A DNA stretch of 64,000 bases from Candidatus Altimarinota bacterium (GCA_046314355.1 JBKBWQ010000001.1:1504001-1568000); one strand, 5' to 3'; shown: positions 29,162-38,648, numbered from the stretch's first letter. Numbers and translations are program-made. The notes: generated by a model from the letters alone, not told the origin.

Positions 29162-31993
29162 TTACTCGTAGACCTTTGGCCAATTGAGTAAGAGATCTAT
29201 TTTCTCGGAGAGCTGTACTCTTTCAGAAAGATGAGTAGAGAGTACATTTTTGCTGATGGGCTGTGCTTCCGTTATATAGGTACCTGCAGTACGCAATAGA
29301 TTCTTCTGACGTATGATATACTCAGAGACTTTATCATTGATCTCTGAGAAGAGTTCAAGTTCTTCAGCACTAAAGAGTAGTGAAGGATTAAGACCGTTAA
29401 GCATTATTTTGTAATCTTGGCTCTTATTTCTAGAGAGCGGCAGTAGTTTTGCTTCCAGCTCACTCAGTACTCTTCCTGTAGAATAGATAATCTGCTGCGC
29501 TTCATTAAACGCTTCTGTAAGTTCATGAAAATCTTTGAGATACACGTAAAATGCCTCGTGTTCTCCTTCAAATACTTTTTTCATTTCAAGCTGTTTCGCA
29601 GTTGAAATGTTTCTCCATTTTATTCCTTCATCATTTGTATCAAACGAGGTTATTGTCTTTTCTCCGCCCACTACCATAATAACTGCAGATTTTATAAAAT
29701 CATAGTATTGACCTAAGTTGGTCTTCCCGCGTTCAAGGGTGACTGCAACTTCCTGCAGAGCAACAAACTTGCTTGAAACAGTTTCTAGCTTACCTAAGAG
29801 GAAACGTATCTGCTTTTCAATCGTAGTATATTCTTTTTCTACGGCATCCCATTGCGTAAATAGATTATCTCGGAGGCTTGTTCGTATGTTCAAAAGATTC
29901 TCTAACAGTCCAGGTTGTGCTGAAAATAATTTTTCTGCCTGTGTTAGTTCAGTAGGAGCTACTGCTTCAGTAATCTTTTCCTTGAGCACAATTTCAGGTA
30001 ACACAGAGACTTTTCCAAACATAGTACTTGTACCAGATGTCATCTTTCCCATCACTACTTCCTGAGGTGTAAATTCTTTCTTAATAACCTTCTCCTTCAA
30101 CACGATCTCAGGAACAACTGATACTTTTCCAAAGATACTACTATTGGCAGATGTCACATTGCCGAACACCACTTCCTGAGGTGTAAATTTTTTCTCAGGC
30201 TGAGGTTCAGGAGCTATAGCTGTCTGAGAGAGCGGCCGTGGGTAAAATTCGAGAATTCTTTTTACAGCATCCGTAATCTCTTTTTGGATTTTTTCTTCTA
30301 ATTCGGGTGTCTGTACTGCTTTGACTTCTGAGACAGTATCCAATGATGTGGATTCAGAAATATCTGTTTTAGGCATATTTTCAGGAATAACCGTTACATT
30401 ATTTATAGGTTCAGCGAGGATCTCTTCTTCCTTGGCAGTTTCAGTATTCGCTAGAGTAGTATCTTCAGTATCTTCCGGTGCTTTCTTGTAGTCTTGAAGA
30501 ACATTTTCTATAGTAGATTGAAGTATAGTATTATCTGATCTCTTTGAAAGTTCATCAGTGACTTCATCTCTTAAAATCTCAAGTTGTACTACCTCTCTCG
30601 AAATTTGTTTCAGCATTTTGTCTATCTCTTGGGAGTTCTCAGCTGTATTTATTGTTTTTATCAGATTCATCTGTTCATTTATTTTTGCTGCTGAACGACA
30701 TACTGACTTTTTTTGTATATCAAAAAAGGTACTGTCATCCTTATTGAGGTCTTGTTCTATATAATTGCTATAGGTTTCATCAATAAACATTTTAAATTCA
30801 CCAGTATCGTCAATAATTGATTTGATATCATTCAGTGATCTGTACTCAGTATTCAGGTGAAAATCCTGGTTGATCCGATATTGGATTTTCTTGAGAGGTA
30901 ACTGCTCCTTTAAATGAAGGTTGCGAATAGTAGTATATTCAAAGGGACTGACTAAAACATCATCTAAATCTCTGTGGTGCAAAAGATCAGTTTTAATAAA
31001 AGCTATTATAGGCTCTACTGTCGGGCTATGAAATGTATCACTTCTGATGAGACCACTTATTGAAGCTGCAAAATTTTCAGGTCCATATTTCTCAAAAAGT
31101 TCAATAATAGGAATGATTTCAGAAAATTTTGTTATATTTTCATAGGAAATATCAGTGAGCATTTGGCTAAATTTCTCCGTAAGAGAGAGGTACGTGAGAT
31201 TTGTGAGATCAATTTTTTTAATTTGATTCACCATTAAGTCACAGAAAACATAGAGTTGATCGATTTGTTTACGGGAACACTTATAGTAGAGGGATGGTGC
31301 TTTATCCGTGGGATAAAATATTTCATGGTGGGTGAGCGTTTTTAGAGTCACTCCTAGTGTTCTACCTGTATGATCCTTAAGATCTGTATGATTCAGTGTA
31401 AATGGCTCATCAGATTTATCTCCTAAAATATCACGTAGTTTCTGCTGGCGAGGCATCTTTATCTCAAGTTGACTACTGTCTTTAGTTTTTTCTTGCTTCT
31501 GAAGGATGATATCTTTTTTAATATGAGTGCTGGAGTAGATACTGTAAATATCCTTAATACTCTCTTTTGAAAGATCAAGATCTTGGATTTTTTCAATAAT
31601 CCACAAAAACACATCTAAACTGACTTCTCCGATCTCGTTCTGTAGTTTACTCACATATTTAGCTATGACCTCTCTGAGATGTGTCATATGACCTTGCTCA
31701 TCTATGTCATTTGAAAGATATGAATCAAAGGCACTCTGAAATTTTTGCGCCTCTTGTTGATTGATCAGTTCAGTTTTAAACGTCTTATTCATTCTTTTTA
31801 CACTCTTTTCTACATTCATAACACTAAAATCCTTAATAAGCTTTTTCTGTGTTTGCTTATTCTCTTCTACTTTTTCTATCGCTTCCTTAATAAGCAGTAT
31901 CAGCGTTCTGATTTTCTTATTTCCGACAACCGTCTTCTCTAAAGAATCTTTGCTTATTTCACTAATTTTTATTCCTTTATCATGTTCATTCAT
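29162..31993 (-). CDS. Large coiled-coil hypothetical protein with internal 38-aa duplication
   Basis: Long ORF; ATG 31993 preferred because the TTG at 32050 is part of a TTGACA box; FTPQEVV..G..TS....FGKVSV.PEIVLKEK occurs twice. Confidence 0.8.
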   Translation of the reverse strand: MNEHDKGIKISEISKDSLEKTVVGNKKIRTLILLIKEAIEKVEENKQTQKKLIKDFSVMNVEKSVKRMNKTFKTELINQQEAQKFQSAFDSYLSNDIDEQGHMTHLREVIAKYVSKLQNEIGEVSLDVFLWIIEKIQDLDLSKESIKDIYSIYSSTHIKKDIILQKQEKTKDSSQLEIKMPRQQKLRDILGDKSDEPFTLNHTDLKDHTGRTLGVTLKTLTHHEIFYPTDKAPSLYYKCSRKQIDQLYVFCDLMVNQIKKIDLTNLTYLSLTEKFSQMLTDISYENITKFSEIIPIIELFEKYGPENFAASISGLIRSDTFHSPTVEPIIAFIKTDLLHHRDLDDVLVSPFEYTTIRNLHLKEQLPLKKIQYRINQDFHLNTEYRSLNDIKSIIDDTGEFKMFIDETYSNYIEQDLNKDDSTFFDIQKKSVCRSAAKINEQMNLIKTINTAENSQEIDKMLKQISREVVQLEILRDEVTDELSKRSDNTILQSTIENVLQDYKKAPEDTEDTTLANTETAKEEEILAEPINNVTVIPENMPKTDISESTSLDTVSEVKAVQTPELEEKIQKEITDAVKRILEFYPRPLSQTAIAPEPQPEKKFTPQEVVFGNVTSANSSIFGKVSVVPEIVLKEKVIKKEFTPQEVVMGKMTSGTSTMFGKVSVLPEIVLKEKITEAVAPTELTQAEKLFSAQPGLLENLLNIRTSLRDNLFTQWDAVEKEYTTIEKQIRFLLGKLETVSSKFVALQEVAVTLERGKTNLGQYYDFIKSAVIMVVGGEKTITSFDTNDEGIKWRNISTAKQLEMKKVFEGEHEAFYVYLKDFHELTEAFNEAQQIIYSTGRVLSELEAKLLPLSRNKSQDYKIMLNGLNPSLLFSAEELELFSEINDKVSEYIIRQKNLLRTAGTYITEAQPISKNVLSTHLSERVQLSEKIDLLLNWPKVYE

Positions 31994-32215
31994 AAGTGTG
32001 CTTTTGTAATTTAAAACTGATTTATTATAATGATTATAAGTAAATGTCAATATATTTAGATATTTAATTTCATAGCTATTATCAGTAAATTTTATATGTA
32101 TATTTTCCTATTATTTGCATCCTTTTACAATATAAAATATTTATTTATTGACTTATTATTAAATAGTTATATTCTACGCGGGTAATTTTGATTATTGAAA
32201 AAAAGGAGGGGAGCT

Positions 32216-33445
32216 ATGAAAAGCTTTCAAAAGGACTTAATTGACAACGTATTACCAAATGAAATACTTTCTCTTTCTGAAGAAAAGCCCCGTAGGGCTG
32301 CATTGGTTCCTTACACCAAAAAAAGAAGAGAAGCATTCATTGCTTTTACTACTGCTCTCCATGACGGTAGCGTCAATGGAGAACATTTTGCACAGCTATT
32401 TAATGTAGCAAGTGCCACCATCGCAAGATGGAAAGGTACCAAGCTCAAAATGGTGTCAAAAGGTTTGCAGGAAAAAATTTCCAATATTTTTAAAAAAATC
32501 TTGGAAGTTTATGATTTTGATGAAGAGAGATTAGTAGTCTTAGAAAAGAATCTTGAGATTTTTGATGATGAGGTCAAAGTCTCTAAAGTTAAAGCACCTA
32601 GACTTAAAAAATCTGATCCAATACTTGATTCTAAATCTGAAAATGCAAAAGAAGAACTTCCTAAAGAATCTTCTGATGCTAAAAAAACCAGAAAACCTTT
32701 ACTAAGCCTTGCTCGTGCCGAAATGCTCTGCAGACTCACCGTACTCTTCGGAGCTACAAAAAAGAACTGGAAAGCTGTTGGATGTCCAATATCCTACGAC
32801 AGTCTTCGCCAGACTGCAAGAGACGGATTGATCAGTGAGAAAGTCCTTAATCGCGTAGTCGAATGGTTGACGGATGAAGTGAAGAAAACTAATGATCCAG
32901 AGATCATTAGTCTGTGGGATGAATTCAATGGAGCATCAACAGTTGCTGATGAAAATCTCTCTGATAAAGTAATCGATACTGCTGAGAAAAAATCTGATAC
33001 GGAAACAAATGTTACTGCCAAGAAATCTGAAGCAGTAGATGATGTACAACCCGTAAAAGGTCATGAAAAACTCTTAGCACAGGTTGGTGATGCAGAAAGC
33101 ATCTATAATCTTCTTCTTTCTCAAAAGGAAACCTTTGAAAAGGAAAGAGATGAGTATTTTTCTATGATTGAGCAATCTGGTATGAATATTGAATTTGTTG
33201 AGAAGGCAATTTTGCGTTCCAAATTGCTTCGTGTCTTTGATGAAAGTTCTGAACCTAGAATTATTAGTGAGATATTACTCACAAAAATTCAAAGTAAAGG
33301 CTGGCTGAGCGTTGAAGAAAACGATATGCCTTTGTATATGCATCCCTCTGATTATCAATTTTACACCTACTTTAAAGAGAAATTAAAGTATGAAGTCGTA
33401 AATGATGAAGCTAATTGTATAACACAATTGAGATTCATCATTTAA
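32216..33445 (+). CDS. Hypothetical protein with N-terminal XRE-like HTH
   Basis: GEHFAQLFNVASATIARWKG; AAGGAGG before ATG 32216; TTGACT-16-TATTCT at 32148-32175. Confidence 0.75.
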   Translation: MKSFQKDLIDNVLPNEILSLSEEKPRRAALVPYTKKRREAFIAFTTALHDGSVNGEHFAQLFNVASATIARWKGTKLKMVSKGLQEKISNIFKKILEVYDFDEERLVVLEKNLEIFDDEVKVSKVKAPRLKKSDPILDSKSENAKEELPKESSDAKKTRKPLLSLARAEMLCRLTVLFGATKKNWKAVGCPISYDSLRQTARDGLISEKVLNRVVEWLTDEVKKTNDPEIISLWDEFNGASTVADENLSDKVIDTAEKKSDTETNVTAKKSEAVDDVQPVKGHEKLLAQVGDAESIYNLLLSQKETFEKERDEYFSMIEQSGMNIEFVEKAILRSKLLRVFDESSEPRIISEILLTKIQSKGWLSVEENDMPLYMHPSDYQFYTYFKEKLKYEVVNDEANCITQLRFII

Positions 33446-33454
33446 ATGCTGATG

Positions 33455-33481
33455 AAACTTGCCGAAAGGCAGGTTTTTTTT
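33455..33481 (+). terminator. Intrinsic terminator
   Basis: AAACTTGCC-GAAA-GGCAGGTTTTTTTT. Confidence 0.85.
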
Positions 33482-33579
33482 GTTTACGAAATACACCATA
33501 TTTTAAAGTATCATTGCATTAAAATATTGATATTTTATACTCTTGTTGTACAGACCTTTGTATTCTTTACTTGAATACT

Positions 33580-33996
33580 ATGAACTATCTGAAGCACATA
33601 TTTACCTTTCCGGGAAAGATGATTGAGCGGTTTTTTGAGTATAAAAGAAAAAAAGATAAGCGGGGGCTTGAAATCACTCGAACGGCTATCGCGAACCTTA
33701 CTGTAATGCTGGATGAAGAAAAGTTGGAACGTCTGTATGGTGAGGCTTTACCGAAGGAACATGAACTTGAAAAAGAAATCCTTGAAAAGGCGTATGGAAC
33801 TTTTGATGTGCCTACAGGAACTCCACTGCATACAGTGACAAAACTGTATTTTTTGAAGTGGGAAGAATATGACGTACCTGATGAGGTGTATGAACAACTT
33901 CCTTTTGCGGTACAAGGTATGATTCTAGATAAATGGGACACTATCTTCAATGCATATAAGATTATCAAAGCTCACTCTAAGATGAGAACATGTTAA
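33580..33996 (+). CDS. Hypothetical protein with degenerate J-domain-like C-terminus (no HPD)
   Basis: AYGTFDVP......VTKLY...YDVPD...KWDTIFNAYKIIK follows J-domain spacing. Confidence 0.55.
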   Translation: MNYLKHIFTFPGKMIERFFEYKRKKDKRGLEITRTAIANLTVMLDEEKLERLYGEALPKEHELEKEILEKAYGTFDVPTGTPLHTVTKLYFLKWEEYDVPDEVYEQLPFAVQGMILDKWDTIFNAYKIIKAHSKMRTC

Positions 33997-34019
33997 AAAA
34001 AGAGCCCGAGGGCTCTTTT
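33995..34019. terminator. Bidirectional terminator
   Basis: A tract-GAGCCC-GA-GGGCTCTTTT. Confidence 0.85.
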
Positions 34020-34027
34020 ATTATAAT

Positions 34028-34261
34028 TTATTCCCTGGTTAGTGAAGCTCCACTTGCGCAGTGATATTCAGCACCTGGAATACGGGGTTTGTTTTTCTGA
34101 CTCTCGCAGCTATCAAAAGTGCGCAGAGTATAATCTTCCTGATTCTGAACTGTAGTACTTCCAGTATTTTCTGGTAGTGTCATATTTTTTACTGAAATTC
34201 CACAGCTTGAAACTGAAAGAATACTTATAACTATAAAAAATCTTTTTATTTTTGTGCTCAT
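34028..34261 (-). CDS. Small putative lipoprotein
   Basis: KIKR, hydrophobic stretch, VSSC lipobox; two further Cys; TTGACT-16-TATAGT (34322-34349) and AAGGAG. Confidence 0.65.
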   Translation of the reverse strand: MSTKIKRFFIVISILSVSSCGISVKNMTLPENTGSTTVQNQEDYTLRTFDSCESQKNKPRIPGAEYHCASGASLTRE

Positions 34262-34463
34262 AGTAGCATCTCCTTGAGACCGTAATTTTATTTTCGGCCA
34301 CTTCTTGCGAGGTGACTAATTACTATAAACCTCACATTAGACAAGTCAAGTAAATATAGTGTATTATTAATAAATATTTTGTACTAGAAAAGTATCCTTA
34401 TGTTTTCATTGGCTTTTTAGAACGGTATGCATACAATTACATCATACCAATTAACACTCAATA

Positions 34464-34814
34464 ATGGACGACATATACGCAGCAAAAAAAGAAGAAATCG
34501 CAAAGGATATCAAAGAAAATAGAGTGATCCTTTTTATGAAAGGTACAAGAGAAATGCCTATGTGCGGCTTTTCTGCAAAGGTGATCTCAGCTTTAAATAA
34601 TATCGAGGCGGAGTATGTCACTCGAAATGTTCTTGAAGATGAAGTCCTCCGTGAAGCAATCAAAGAGTTCTCAGACTGGCCGACTGTGCCTCAGCTCTAT
34701 ATTGATGGTGAGTTTATCGGCGGGTGCGATATTACGGTGGAGTTGTATAGAAATGGGGAGCTTGCGAAGATGGCAGGGGGTGCTGAAAGAATTGAGGATG
34801 AGGATAAGAAGTAA
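34464..34814 (+). CDS. grxD: Monothiol glutaredoxin (Grx4/GrxD)
   Basis: LFMKG...PMCGFS, WPTVPQLYIDGEFIGGCDI. Confidence 0.96.
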   Translation: MDDIYAAKKEEIAKDIKENRVILFMKGTREMPMCGFSAKVISALNNIEAEYVTRNVLEDEVLREAIKEFSDWPTVPQLYIDGEFIGGCDITVELYRNGELAKMAGGAERIEDEDKK

Positions 34815-34871
34815 GGATAGGATGTTCCTCCCTTATCCTAATTCCTAGCCCTAATCCTAACCCTATTTCCT
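34788..34871. repeat. Degenerate 6-mer tandem repeats in inverted arrangement
   Basis: GAGGAT/AAGGAT units followed by TAATCC/TAGCCC/TAACCC units; overlaps grxD 3' end. Confidence 0.6.
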
Positions 34872-34904
34872 CCCTGGAGAGGATATTTCTTATAATCCTG
34901 AACT

Positions 34905-35333
34905 ATGAACTACTGGATAGGCGTCGCCACTCTTGACCATCTTGAAAGGGGATTTGAAAAAGGTATGTTTGGCATAGGACATGGAAAAAAAGCTCCGCTG
35001 GAGATGATGAAAGGTGGGGATAGGATAGTATTTTACCTTCCGAAGAAAGATTATGGAGTTTCGAGCACTGAAAACAAATACCAAAGATTTAGAGGATTTG
35101 CAGTTATTGATGATGGGGAAGTCTTCTCTGAGACAGTTGGGGATGGATGTAAGTTTCGCAAAAAACTAACTTTTTTGGATATGGAAAAAGAAGTCGCTAT
35201 TGCGCCGCTTATTGGTAAACTCTCGTTTATCAAAGATACTAAACGCTGGGGTTTTCCTTTTATGAAAGGGTATATAAAAATTACAAAGGAAGATTGGAAT
35301 GTCATAGAAAATGGTTCCGTCGAGAGAACTTAA
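34905..35333 (+). CDS. EVE domain protein (UPF0310-like)
   Basis: NYWIGV..DH..G....HGKKAPL..MKGGDRIVFY, LSFIKDTKRWGFPF.KG.IKI. Confidence 0.9.
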   Translation: MNYWIGVATLDHLERGFEKGMFGIGHGKKAPLEMMKGGDRIVFYLPKKDYGVSSTENKYQRFRGFAVIDDGEVFSETVGDGCKFRKKLTFLDMEKEVAIAPLIGKLSFIKDTKRWGFPFMKGYIKITKEDWNVIENGSVERT

Positions 35334-35488
35334 AGAGTAAAAAATAAAATAGATAGTCATTTCCTGAGCTATGATGCAGACTATCTATGGTACTTTTTGC
35401 TCCAAATAAATTTGCTGCAGAGTATTTTGCAGTGAAATTTTTTATCAACGCGTTAGAATGGAAGTATGTTTATGTTTACATACCTCCC

Positions 35489-38400
35489 ATGAAAAAAATA
35501 CTTTCTTTGATACTTATCTTTATTTTTTCTTTTCAGTCCGCTGATGCTTTTTCATTGATATCTGCATCTCCTCAGCCTGCACAGCCGGGAAATACTATTT
35601 TGATACAGGGGCAGGATCTAGGAAATGCAGGGACTGTGATGCTCAATAATCAGACTATCCCCACTAGTATGTGGTCTGCGGATCAGATCGGATTTACACT
35701 TCCTGTGGGTTCTACATCAGGGACTTTAAGTGTTACAGATGCGAACGGTAATAATAGCTCTATTCCTTTTCAAGTAGCAAATACTAGTACGGGGGCAAGC
35801 ATTCAGTCTCTAAGTCCTGCAGCATTTAGTGAAGGAACCATTGTGGAAGTGAATGGATCTGGATTTGGGACAGCGCCAAATACCAACACTCAAGTCTGTT
35901 TTTCAGATACTCTTTGTTCTGCGATAGGTTCTTTGAATCAGATGGTACTGACATGGTCTGATACAAAAGTAGTGGTACAGATCCCGAAGCTTAATCTTCC
36001 CTCAAGCGGAAAGATCATGCTTTCTATTTTTTCAAATGGAAGTACAAATCCCACATGGCTTGAGAGTCCTCTCTATACATTTCAATCTTCAAAACCAGTT
36101 ATTACATCGCTTTCTCCTTTAAATGTAGTACCTGATACAACGGTGGTCACTATCTCAGGTACAAATTTTGGACAACTCTATGTATATGGTAAAAATCAAA
36201 TCTGTATCAATGGTCAGTGTCTGGGAGATGCGTATATTGATAAATATCTTCAATCCTGGTCAGATAACGAGATCAAGTTGAAACTGCCCGTTACCGGGAT
36301 ATCAGGACCCGCAACATTGACTTTGAATATTTGGAAATACACAGACAAATCTACTAATCTTGATGTCTATTTTCCTGCAAGCTACTCCATAAATATTGTA
36401 CTGCCTGCAGATCCTGCGATCGAGCAGGTCTCGCCGCTTTCAGTCCTGCCTGACCAGACAATCATAACTGTAAAGGGAAGTGGCTTTGGGGATAGTTATA
36501 TCGCTGGAAAAAATCAGATCTGTTTTGGTGAGAGTTGTATCAGTGACCGACTTATTTCAGACTATTTATATTTTTGGAGTGATACTGAGATTCAGGTAAA
36601 GGTACCTGCTTTTGTTGATAACTATGAGACAGCACAGCTTTTAGTACGTCTCTATGTCCCAAGTAAAAATGTCTATACTCACATGTCAGCAAATGTACTT
36701 CTGAAAGTCAAACATGCTCCTTTTATAAGTCAGTATTATCCCACAATGGATAGCGGCACTACATATACGGTGTTTGGTAGATCCTTTGGAGATCCTCAGG
36801 GGAGTGTGGCTGTAGGTAATACTCAGATGCAGGTGCTCAGCTGGTCAGATACAAAGATTACATTTCGGACTCCTTCCATAGGTATAAATGATATGTTGGT
36901 CGTAACGACAGCAGATGGAAGCAAATCTACAGGTATCTCTGTAACTATCAATTATTATAATATTTATTCTCAGGATGCCTTTTCAAAGTACCAATGGTAT
37001 TATGAGAATCTTTCACTTAAGGATGCATGGAATATTTCTACCGGAAGCCCAAGTGTCGTAGTGGCAGTCATAGATAGCGGAGTAAATATTAATCATGAGG
37101 ATCTGAACGGAAATATATGGCAGAATACAAAAGAGATCCCAGGTAACGGTTTGGATGATGATAAAAACGGCTATACGGATGATATAAATGGATGGGATTT
37201 TGTGCGGAATTCAAACAGCATGACACCTATGACATCTCACGGCACTATGGTAGCAAGTGTGATTGCTGCAAAGAAAGATAATGGATTGGGGCTCGCGGGA
37301 GTAGCGCCAAATACAAAGATTATGGCTCTCAACGTAATGGCGACCAATGTTCAGGCGGGGACTGACTACATAGATGTAGATGCCACTGTAAAAGCGGTCA
37401 AATATGCGGTAGATAATGGAGCGCAGATCATCAATATGAGTTTTGGAGGACCGTATAATGATGCATTTAAAAGCGTCATACAGTATGCGTATGATAATAA
37501 TGTATTGCTTGTGGTTGCTGCAGGTAATGAGGGGATTGATCTGTCCGTGCAGAAGATGAGTCCTGTCTGTAATGATATTGCACACAATGAAGTCATGGGT
37601 ATAGCTGCTCTTGGAAAAGATTTTACGAAATCTTCTTTCAGCAGCTACGGTCCATGCATAGATGCATCATTGCCAGGCTCTGGAATCATAGTTGCGACTA
37701 CAGATGAAAGCCTGAACGGCTACAGTGTGGCGGATGGTACATCTTTTGCTGCTCCTATCTTTGCCGGTATGGCAGCACTTCTCAAAGCATCACATCCTGA
37801 CTGGAACGTAGCTGAGATATCTTATGTACTCCTTCATAATGGATATAATATCGATCAGTCCAATCCTGCGTATGCAGGCAAACTTGGTATTTTGCCGAAT
37901 GTGTATAAAGCTTTGACTGCTGCACGTCCAGCAGTATCTTACGCGTACAATCCAAGAACAAACCTCAATGTTAAGGAAACAAATCAGGTCATTGAAGTTA
38001 ACCCTCCTGTCTCTGCTCCTATAGAAATACCTGGTCCATCCACTACAAATTCCGGAAATGAGACAGGTACTGATATCTTTTCTGATATACCAGCGGATCA
38101 TCATTATGCCACTGCCATAGCATATCTAAAAAATGCACAGGTCCTCTCAGGATATGCCGATGGTACCTTCAAATCAGATAATCCAGTAAACAGAGCAGAA
38201 TTTCTGAAAATAATTTTCGAAAGTGCGAAAATAACTATTCCAAGTACCTATGCAAACTGTTTCCCTGATGTAAAAAGCGAGTGGTTTGCAAAATATGTGT
38301 GCTACGCAAAAGCAAAGGGAATTATACAGGGATATCCTGATGGGAATTTTAAGCCTGCAAATACGATCAATAAAGTAGAAAGTCTCAAGGTCCTCTCAAA

Positions 38401-38626
38401 GGCTTTTGGCCTGAGCACTACTGTAAAAACAAGTACTTTTAAAGATGTGGATCTTAAAGCTTGGTACGCACCTTACGTCATTGTAGGTGAAACACTCAAT
38501 CTCTTGGAGGAGGAGGGGCAAGCTAATTATAACCCCGCAGGACTAATGAAGAGAGGATCAATTAGCGAGATATTGTACAGATATCTTTATATGAAGGAGA
38601 AGGGATATAGTTCGTTTAGGATTTAA
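35489..38626 (+). CDS. Secreted S8 subtilisin-like peptidase with N-terminal IPT/TIG domains and C-terminal SLH domains
   Basis: Signal peptide MKKILSL; repeated G..FG...SWSD..I IPT motifs; triad VIDSG, SHGT, GTSFAAP; SLH GYADGTF, GYPDGNFKP. Confidence 0.93.
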   Translation: MKKILSLILIFIFSFQSADAFSLISASPQPAQPGNTILIQGQDLGNAGTVMLNNQTIPTSMWSADQIGFTLPVGSTSGTLSVTDANGNNSSIPFQVANTSTGASIQSLSPAAFSEGTIVEVNGSGFGTAPNTNTQVCFSDTLCSAIGSLNQMVLTWSDTKVVVQIPKLNLPSSGKIMLSIFSNGSTNPTWLESPLYTFQSSKPVITSLSPLNVVPDTTVVTISGTNFGQLYVYGKNQICINGQCLGDAYIDKYLQSWSDNEIKLKLPVTGISGPATLTLNIWKYTDKSTNLDVYFPASYSINIVLPADPAIEQVSPLSVLPDQTIITVKGSGFGDSYIAGKNQICFGESCISDRLISDYLYFWSDTEIQVKVPAFVDNYETAQLLVRLYVPSKNVYTHMSANVLLKVKHAPFISQYYPTMDSGTTYTVFGRSFGDPQGSVAVGNTQMQVLSWSDTKITFRTPSIGINDMLVVTTADGSKSTGISVTINYYNIYSQDAFSKYQWYYENLSLKDAWNISTGSPSVVVAVIDSGVNINHEDLNGNIWQNTKEIPGNGLDDDKNGYTDDINGWDFVRNSNSMTPMTSHGTMVASVIAAKKDNGLGLAGVAPNTKIMALNVMATNVQAGTDYIDVDATVKAVKYAVDNGAQIINMSFGGPYNDAFKSVIQYAYDNNVLLVVAAGNEGIDLSVQKMSPVCNDIAHNEVMGIAALGKDFTKSSFSSYGPCIDASLPGSGIIVATTDESLNGYSVADGTSFAAPIFAGMAALLKASHPDWNVAEISYVLLHNGYNIDQSNPAYAGKLGILPNVYKALTAARPAVSYAYNPRTNLNVKETNQVIEVNPPVSAPIEIPGPSTTNSGNETGTDIFSDIPADHHYATAIAYLKNAQVLSGYADGTFKSDNPVNRAEFLKIIFESAKITIPSTYANCFPDVKSEWFAKYVCYAKAKGIIQGYPDGNFKPANTINKVESLKVLSKAFGLSTTVKTSTFKDVDLKAWYAPYVIVGETLNLLEEEGQANYNPAGLMKRGSISEILYRYLYMKEKGYSSFRI

Positions 38627-38648
38627 TATCTATTATTAAGCTCAATAA

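Noticed and set aside
25329-34400. Prophage or integrative element
   Set aside because: No integrase, terminase, capsid, relaxase or att-like direct repeats seen
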